Below, one piece after another: positions 1 to 6,072 of a stretch of 6,072 nucleotides of DNA; within the stretch, counting starts at the first letter, position 1, and every line of letters begins with the position of its first letter. The notes under the pieces were generated by a model that ran no database searches, had not been told where the DNA came from, and saw only the letters and a program-made list of their open reading frames with translations. Made by a program: the position numbers and the translations under genes. Origin of the DNA: Selaginella moellendorffii (taxonomy: Eukaryota; Plantae; Lycopodiophyta). The DNA is taken from contig NW_003314707.1 of assembly GCF_000143415.4 (NCBI RefSeq), positions 1-6,072 of the forward strand, written 5' to 3'.

Positions 1-570
1 TGAGTTGGAGAATTATGTTACCTATCGGTGGTCCATGAGTTGTCCAGTGGTCCATGAGTTGTCCATGTACCATGAGTTAAAGTAAACCTTCCCTGGGTTT
101 GCTATGAGTGGCAAATAGGCTGGTCCGTAAAATTTAGCATGGCACTAGTGGATCCTTCCTAGGCATGATTATAAGTGGATTAATCAAGGTTGTAGTCTAT
201 TGATTCAAGTAGTCATTATTGTGCTCTCTCATAAAATTTTCTTGGATTGGACTGAAGGTAGTGCGAAAGCAAGCTTGAGGTCTAGTCAAAGTTAAGACCG
301 AAAAGAGAGTTGTTAGGGACCAAGGATCAAACATATAAATTATCTTCTCTTCTTGGAGAGATGATTTGTAACGAGGTGTGACTCATTGCTTGTATTCATA
401 GTATGCAATCAAGAGTCCTTATCTTGATGCATGTTGGAAATGATGGTTTTACAAGTGGTGAGTTATGTTATGGATAACAGTGAAGCACTAAACAATTTTG
501 TTTATGCTTGCTATTGGAAGACTTGGGTTGCAATGCTCAACTCTTTTCCAGGGAACTTTGCTATTGCTCT
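1..570 (+). mobile_element. Fragment of a diverged, oppositely oriented copy of the same family (5' internal/gag-relic region), truncated at the LTR-a junction
   Basis: 1-570 aligns to the reverse complement of 2930-3493 at roughly 80-85% identity by eye (e.g. TTCCCTGGGTTTGCTATGAGTGGCAAATAGGCTGGTCCGTA and GGATCCTTCCTAGGCATGATTATAAGTGGAT shared exactly). Homology stops at the LTR TG at 571. Confidence 0.88.
28..65 (+). repeat. 19-bp exact tandem duplication
   Basis: GTGGTCCATGAGTTGTCCA x2 (28-46, 47-65). Only one copy at the homologous position (~3443-3464, minus). Confidence 0.9.
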
Positions 571-577
571 TGTAGCA

Positions 578-690
578 CACGTGGTTTTGACCCTTTATCC
601 TATGGTGATTTACCATAGGATAACACCACAAAGCGGAACCTAAACCCTCTTTGTGTCACGTGACAGATGCCACGTGTCCAAAGGAACGTG
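578..690. promoter_or_regulatory. Cluster of G-box/ABRE-like motifs in LTR-a
   Basis: CACGTG at 578-583, 657-662 (inside the 12-bp palindrome TGTCACGTGACA, 654-665) and 671-676 (GCCACGTGTC); ACGTGG at 686-691. LTR-b keeps 3776-3781 and 3883-3888. Function not shown. Confidence 0.4.
595..623. other. Perfect 12-bp stem-loop in U5 end of LTR-a
   Basis: TTATCCTATGGT-gattt-ACCATAGGATAA, identical to the LTR-b copy. Confidence 0.85.
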
Positions 691-1114
691 GTGTGGAACC
701 CGAGGTTCAGGGCCTTGGGCCACTGAACGAAGGAACGGTGCAAAACTCCCAAGCATGGAGCTAAGGAGTGACGGAACTGAACCACGGAGCAACTCCCGAG
801 CATATAGCCCAAGGAGCGAAGGGATAGGAGCCCGGAGCGACTTGGAACAGTCCTAGAGTAATCAGCATCCCAATGCCAAGACCAACACGCAAAACGAAGC
901 CAAACGGAGTCTTGTGCTATTTCGGCATACCGGTGGCCTAACGCAAGGACATGGGTACTCCACCAGCTAGCATGGAGTGGAACTTAGGCTTAGACCCAAG
1001 CTGCACGCAGAACAAGCATAGGCACGCAAGCGGGAGCTAGACTATGCCTCAGGTTGGTCGGCCATGCCTGATCTACCCACTATCCCTACTATACATTTGG
1101 AACCCTCCATAGCT

Positions 1115-1126
1115 CCCCCCCCCCCC
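1115..1126 (+). repeat. C12 homopolymer in LTR-a (also C12 at 4315-4326 in LTR-b)
   Basis: Directly visible; G12 on the element sense strand, with an indel in the adjacent sequence between copies. Confidence 0.85.
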
Positions 1127-1703
1127 TTGAGGAACACATGCTTTGGGCTTTCACCCTAAGCCTCCCTTAGTATCAGGAGTTAGTCTCTGGGACAAGCTCG
1201 AAACTTACTAAATATGGAATGGCGCTAGATTGCAAATTTGGACACGGGACAAACACCATTGTGGTCAGGCCAATTTTTACATTCCGTAGATATGCCAAAT
1301 GAGCAAATCTGTATACTTTCCATAAATAGCATTTGGGACCGAAATGAGATTAACACAAAGGGCATGATAGCGAGGGTGTTTGGCAGACACGATAAGCTAT
1401 CATCCAACGATATTGAGGGACCAATCTCAATACGCGAGGGTTTTTGTCAAGCCAGTGCAAGACAGAGCAAAAGAGAACTAAGAGCCAGGCTGAGTATGCT
1501 CAGCTAGAAACACATAAGAGTTTCTACCTTATGTCCATCTGGCTAAGTATAGGTGCTAAGCCTAGTAAAATAACACTTGAACAAGAGGGGCTGATAAGAC
1601 GAACTAGCAATACCGACCTTTTGCCATCGTGGCAGTAAGGAAAGAGTGTCTGTAAGGACTGGCCGACAGGTAACTTTCGATACCCGAAGTCACATTCGCG
1701 ACA

Positions 1704-1715
1704 CTCTCCCCCCCT
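1704..1715 (-). other. Polypurine tract (left unit)
   Basis: Minus strand AGGGGGGGAGAG directly followed by the LTR start TGTCGCG. Confidence 0.9.
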
Positions 1716-2585
1716 AGGGAAGATCGATGTCCTCGTCAATGGATACTCGAGTCTAGAATACCGCCAAGGAAACAACTCCAGAAAAAGTTCACGGTATTCA
1801 CACTATATGAGAAATGCACCAACTTAAATGAGTTAAGATGCAACCTCTTTGTCTAACGCGGATGTGCTACCAGCTGAGACACCTTCTGGCTGTCGTCGAC
1901 AAGGAAATGACCAACAAAGTCAGCCACCCTTGCTACTCTGGGAGTCACCCAACTTACAAAAGTGTGATACGCCCCTACCCGCAGGAACATAGAGAGAGAA
2001 GCTAGAGGCCCCAACCCTCATAAGCAAAGAAACTAAACCCATCGATAAAGTTTAGATAAACTAATATAAACAGGCAGCTAGAGTTGTTTACACGGTCATG
2101 CCCTTTTAACGGAATAAGGAACATCGATAGAGAGGCAGGTTATGTGACGAGTCTATAGTAGCTACCCCATGACTAGAGATTTCACCATGCACACGAAGTG
2201 CCAAAGCCAGTCTACCTATACTGGCCCAAAATTCAAAGATCAATAGATGGACAATATCAAAGTCATAGACAATGATATCTTAGAGTCTTAATTATCAGTG
2301 AATAATCTTATATTAGAACACAAGAGTATTCCAAGTAAGTTATCATCCGATAAACCAGTAGTATAGTATAAGAACCACCAAGATCATCATAATTGGTAAA
2401 CATAGGAATCACCATCCAACAAAATTCAATAGCAAGTATATCATCAAGTAAACTCAATAATGAAACTTAACTACCGAAGATGGCAGACAGTATGCCAACC
2501 AACTTACGAAAGAGAACTCAAAAAAACACAAAGTATCATTGATTGGCAAGCAAAATGCTCGCGAATGTATCACCCAAAGGAAATA
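1716..2585 (-). pseudogene. Degenerate integrase relic (C-terminal part only) in left unit
   Basis: Copy of 4905-5774: LPSSVV (2469-2486), MRVGASSFSLYVP (1983-2021), LTRTS (1725-1739). Confidence 0.45.
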
Positions 2586-2899
2586 CTTTATGTAAGTAGA
2601 CTAGCGTCACCATCAACCACTTTGGGGTTGATCATCGTCTAACCAAGCAACTTCATAACCACATTGCTCATTATCACATGGATATGATATAAGTATCACA
2701 ATGATTTGATCATCAATTGAGTAACACAATGAGCAATGCCTATGTCATTACTTCAAATGTTTATATGAGTATCAAATGTCAACTCGACAAAATGCAACAT
2801 AAATGCCACACTCCACCAATAGAGATTTACAACACCTAACACCACTAACTTTTGTTTACAATACGGACAAGCTCATGTGACTTTCTTTCTGACCAAACT

Positions 2900-3342
2900 C
2901 AAAACTTAATCCAACACCAAGCTACTCAAGGAGCAATAGCAAGGTTCCCCTGAAAAGAATTGAGCATTATAACTCAAGTCTTCCAATAGCAAGCCTAGAC
3001 AAAATGGTTTAGTGCTTCACCGCTATCCATCCCATGACTCACCACTTGTAAGACCACTATAACCAACATGCAACAAAATAGGGACTTTTGATTGCATAAT
3101 GTGAACACGTGCAATGAGTCACACCTTGTTGCAAATCATTTCTCCAAGAAGAGAACATGATTTACGTGTTTGGTCCTTCGTCCCTGATGACTCTCTTTTC
3201 GGTCCCATCTTTGACTAAACCTCAAGCTTGCTTTCGCACTGCCTTCAGTCCAATTCAAAAAACGTTTATAAGATGGCACAGCAATGACTACTTGAACCAA
3301 TAGACTAATCCCTATAGTCTTGATTGATCCACTTATAATCAT
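2900..3342 (-). pseudogene. Possible degenerate gag relic (approximate boundaries)
   Basis: Positioned downstream of the PBS. GRRTKHVNHVLFLEK*F (~3133-3183) resembles G.R.AK.V.NFL..ME.YF, and LEDLSYNAQFFSGE (2945-2986) resembles TWEDLK..LKAQFFP.N of Galadriel-type Gag, with ~50-codon spacing. Weak, frameshifted similarity. Confidence 0.35.
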
Positions 3343-3700
3343 GCCTAGGAAGGATCCATTAGTGCCGTGTTAAACAGCTACGGACCAGCCTATTTGCCAC
3401 TCATAGCAAACCCAGGGAAAGTTTACTTTCACCCATGGTACATGGAACAATTCATGGAACCACCAATAGGCTAACATTAATCCTACCAACTCAAAACGTA
3501 ACCTTGAGTTGCTAATGTGCCTCACTCATGAGCCCAAGCTCAAACTCGTGTGAATGGAACATCTCAATCCATCTTATAAGCCCAAGAGCAAGCTCACAGA
3601 ATATGGTATAACAAAGTAATGAAATCCATACCCAAGGAACAATTGCGGAGCCTTTGCACCCAAACGTGTACCCACTTGGATCATCGTTTTCATCTCTGCG

Positions 3701-3736
3701 TATACAATGAGACTAGTTGCCCAATCTCATTGTATA
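3701..3736. other. Perfect 12-bp stem-loop in 5' leader just downstream of PBS
   Basis: TATACAATGAGA-ctagttgcccaa-TCTCATTGTATA. Confidence 0.85.
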
Positions 3737-3755
3737 GTACCTACTGAGACTCATC

Positions 3756-3766
3756 CTCTGATACCA
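3756..3766 (-). other. Primer binding site complementary to tRNA-iMet 3' end
   Basis: + strand CTCTGATACCA = minus TGGTATCAGAG, the canonical plant iMet PBS core, separated from the LTR-terminal CA by 2 nt. Confidence 0.93.
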
Positions 3767-3792
3767 AATGTAGCGCACGTGGTTTTGACCAT

Positions 3793-3821
3793 TTATCCTA
3801 TGGTGATTTACCATAGGATAA
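3793..3821. other. Perfect 12-bp stem-loop in U5 end of LTR-b
   Basis: TTATCCTATGGT-gattt-ACCATAGGATAA. Confidence 0.85.
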
Positions 3822-4505
3822 CACCACAAAGTGGAACCTAAACCCTCTTTGTTCCACATGACAGATGCCATGTGTCACATGCCACGTGTCCAAAGGAACG
3901 TGGTTTGGAACCCGAGGTTCAGGGCCTTGGGCCAGTGAACGAAGGAACGGTGCCAAACTCCCAAGCATGGAGCCAAAGAGTGACGGAACTGAACCACGGA
4001 GCAACTCTCGAGCATAAAGCCCAAGGAGCGAAAGAACAGGAGCCCGGAGCGACTTGGAACAGTCCTAGAGTAATCAGCATCCTAATGCCAGGACCTGCAT
4101 GCAAAACAAAGCCAAATGGAGTCTGGCGCTATTTCAGCATACCGGTGGCCTAACGCAAGGACATGGGTACTCCACCAAATAGCATGGAGTGGAACTTGGG
4201 CTTAGACCCAAGCTGGACGCAGAACAAGGACAGGCACACAAGTGGGAGCTAGATTATGCCTCAGGTTGGTCAGCTATACCTAACCTACCCACTATCTCTA
4301 CTATACATTTGGAACCCCCCCCCCCCGTTTGAGGAACACACGCTTTAAGCCTCCCTTAGTATCAGGAGTTAGTCTTTGGGACAAGCTTGAAACTTACTAA
4401 ATATGGAATAGCGCTAGATTGCAAATTTGGACACGGGACGAACACCATTGTGGTCAAGCCAATCTCTACATTCCGTAAATATGCCAAATGAGCAAATCTG
4501 GACAC

Positions 4506-4513
4506 TTTTTATA
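4506..4513 (-). promoter_or_regulatory. Candidate TATA box of LTR-b
   Basis: Minus strand TATAAAAA ~380 nt into the LTR; reads TATGGAAA in LTR-a (1317-1324). Supported only by motif and position. Confidence 0.3.
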
Positions 4514-4892
4514 AATAGCATTTGGGACCGAAATGAGATTAACACAAAGGGCATGATAGCGAGGGTGTTTGGCAGACATGGTAAGCTATCATCCAACGAT
4601 ATTGAGGGACCAATCTCAATACGCGAGGGTTTTTGTCAAGCCAGTGCAAGACAGAGCAAAAGAGAACTAAGAGCCAGGCCGAGTATGCTCAGCTAGAAAC
4701 ACATAAGAGTTCCTACCTTATGTCCATCTGGCTAAGTATAGGTGCTAAGCCTAGTAAAATAACACTTGAACAAGAGGGGCTGATAAGACGAACTAGCAAT
4801 ACCGACCTTTTGCCATCGTGGCAATAAGGAAAGAGTGTCCGTAAGGACTGGCCGACAGGTAACTTTCGATACCCGAAGTCACATTCGCAACA

Positions 4893-4904
4893 CTCTCCCC
4901 CCCT
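4893..4904 (-). other. Polypurine tract (right unit)
   Basis: Minus strand AGGGGGGGAGAG directly followed by TGTTGCG; identical to the left PPT. Confidence 0.9.
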
Positions 4905-6072
4905 AGGGAAGATCGATGTCCTCGTCAATGGATACTCGAGTCTAGAATACCGCCAAGGAAACAACTCCAGAAAAAGTTCACGGTATTCACACTATGTGAG
5001 AAATGCACCAACTTGAATGAGTTAAGATGCAACCTCTTTGTCTAACGCGGATGCGCTACTAGCTGAGACACCTTCCGGCCGTTGCCGACAAGGAAATGAC
5101 CAACAAAGTCAGCCACCTTTGCTACTCTGGGAGTCACCCAACTTACAAAAGTGTGATACGCCCCTACCCGCAGGAACATAGAGAGAGAAGCCAAAGGCCC
5201 CAACCCTCATAAGCAAAGAAACTAAACCCATCGATAAAGTTTAGATAAACTAATATAAACAGGCAGCTAGAGTTGTTTACACGGTCATGCCCTTTTAACG
5301 GAATAAGGAACATCGATAGAGAGGCGGGTTATGTGACGAGTCTACAGTAGCTACCCCATGATTAGAGATTTCACCATGCACACGAAGTGCCAAAGCCAGT
5401 CTACCTATACTGGCCCAAAATTCAAAGATCAAAAGATGGACAATATCAAAGTCATAGACAATGATATCTTAGAGTCTTAATTATCAATGAATAATGCTTA
5501 GATTATAACACAAAATTATTCCAAGTAAGTTATCATTCGATAAACCAGTAGTATAGTATAAGAACCACCAAGATCATCAATTTTGGAAACATAGGATTAA
5601 CCATCCAACAAAATTCAATAGCAAGTATATCATCATAGAAACTCAATGATGAAACTTAACTATCGAAGATGGCAGACAGTATGCCAACCAACTTACGAAA
5701 GAAAACTCAAAAAAACACAAAGTATCATTGATTGGCAAGCAAAATGCTCGCGAATGTATCACCCAAAGGAAATAGCATCCCAATCTATCAGAACTAATTT
5801 AAGCAATGATCAACAAAACAGAATGAATGTTGCAAGACCAACAAATATAGCATTAATGCCAACCATTGCACTAGCCAATCTAAATAGATCCCGGTCAACA
5901 ATACAAAGGAACTCAAGTTGCTTAAGCAAGTGTCAGCAACATACTTTTGATGTCTCAAACTCAAGAGACCAATCTAAGGCAAACCATAAATAACATGTGG
6001 TATTGCAAAAAGCCATAAACTATCAAAGAGAATAACGAACCATCATGAAAGATCATTAATTATCCCATCAAT
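4905..6072 (-). pseudogene. Highly degenerate integrase (pol 3' end) relic
   Basis: Minus-strand peptides in different frames, in the order and rough spacing expected for gypsy integrase: FHD (~6045), KYVADTCL (5923-5946, cf. YV.TCL.CQ), IFVGL (5834-5848, cf. DFI.GLP), LVLID (5783-5797, cf. VVVD), LPSSIV (5658-5675, cf. GLP.SIVSDRD), MRVGAFGFSLYVP (5172-5210, cf. .VG..SY.L.LP), TRTS just before the PPT. Many stops and frameshifts; comparison is to remembered consensus, not a search. Confidence 0.5.

Larger units (their letters stand above)
571..1703 (-). repeat. LTR-a (3' LTR of left unit), 1133 bp
   Basis: On + it starts TGTAGC (571) and ends GCGACA (1703), an imperfect terminal inverted repeat. 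It is a direct repeat of 3769-4892 and is bordered by the PPT at 1704-1715. There is no PBS at its other side. Confidence 0.92.
571..4892 (-). mobile_element. Non-autonomous LTR retrotransposon unit (LTR-PBS-internal-PPT-LTR, ~4.3 kb), Ty3/gypsy chromovirus-like (Galadriel-like)
   Basis: Two ~1.13-kb direct repeats with TG...CA ends. On the minus strand the PBS TGGTATCAGAG lies 2 nt after LTR-b and the PPT AGGGGGGGAGAG lies immediately before LTR-a. No long ORF in the internal region. The clade call is inference from the Met PBS, the 'ACGAGGACATCG...GGGGGAGAGTGT' end and decayed motifs. Confidence 0.9.
3769..4892 (-). repeat. LTR-b (shared: 5' LTR of left unit and 3' LTR of right unit), 1124 bp
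   Basis: On + it starts TGTAGCG (3769) and ends CGCAACA (4892). The PBS is at 3756-3766 on one side and the PPT at 4893-4904 on the other. Confidence 0.92.
4893..6072 (-). mobile_element. 3' internal region of a second tandem unit of the same element (continues beyond window)
   Basis: 4893-5774 is a direct repeat of 1704-2585 (offset 3189). After ...AAGGAAATA the two sequences diverge completely. Confidence 0.85.

Noticed and set aside
28-78. CCATGAGTT repeats as a CRISPR-like or satellite array
   Set aside because: It is only a 19-bp tandem duplication plus one partial copy, with no spacers.
431-643. 70-aa hydrophobic ORF
   Set aside because: Chimeric: it crosses the host/LTR junction at 570/571, and the homologous frame in the internal copy has stops.
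1238-1638. ORFs 1238-1507 and 1444-1638 (and twins 4427-4696, 4633-4827) open in both copies
   Set aside because: They lie inside LTRs, antisense to the element, with no recognisable domain. Their conservation is explained by the recent duplication.
1524-1775. 83-aa minus ORF (twin 4713-4964)
   Set aside because: It runs through the PPT into the LTR. Only the LTRTS segment may be a pol C-terminal vestige, so it is not called as a CDS.
571-2585. Treating the whole 2-kb direct repeat as the LTR
   Set aside because: The repeat end at 2585 has no CA/PPT, whereas 1703 gives TG...CA inverted termini with an adjacent PPT.
1-3493. Inverted repeats as TIRs of a DNA transposon, or as an autointegration product
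   Set aside because: The right arm is embedded in the retroelement internal region, and the arms are ~15-20% diverged, far more than the LTRs, which indicates a separate older copy.
5646-5993. Longest ORF (115 aa, + strand) and its twin 2460-2642
   Set aside because: Antisense to the integrase relic in A/C-rich, stop-poor sequence. The twin diverges at the breakpoint, and there is no recognisable motif.

Overview
Plant-type repetitive DNA with no convincing intact protein-coding gene. The window holds a minus-strand tandem LTR-retrotransposon array. In + coordinates: LTR-a (571-1703), PPT (1704-1715), a ~2.06-kb non-coding internal region, a tRNA-iMet PBS (3756-3766), LTR-b (3769-4892), a second PPT (4893-4904), and the internal region of a further unit running off the window. 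LTR-b has a PBS on one side and a PPT on the other, so it is shared: 5' LTR of the left unit and 3' LTR of the right unit. The internal regions carry only heavily decayed, collinear traces of gag and integrase, most like Ty3/gypsy chromoviruses (Galadriel-like; inference). The left unit appears to lack PR-RT-RH, so it is non-autonomous. The array abuts, in opposite orientation, a diverged copy of the same family: 1-570 is an inverted copy of 2930-3493, giving a long fold-back. The two LTRs show a sharp divergence step (~7% vs ~2%, hand count), and two perfect 12-bp hairpins flank the PBS.
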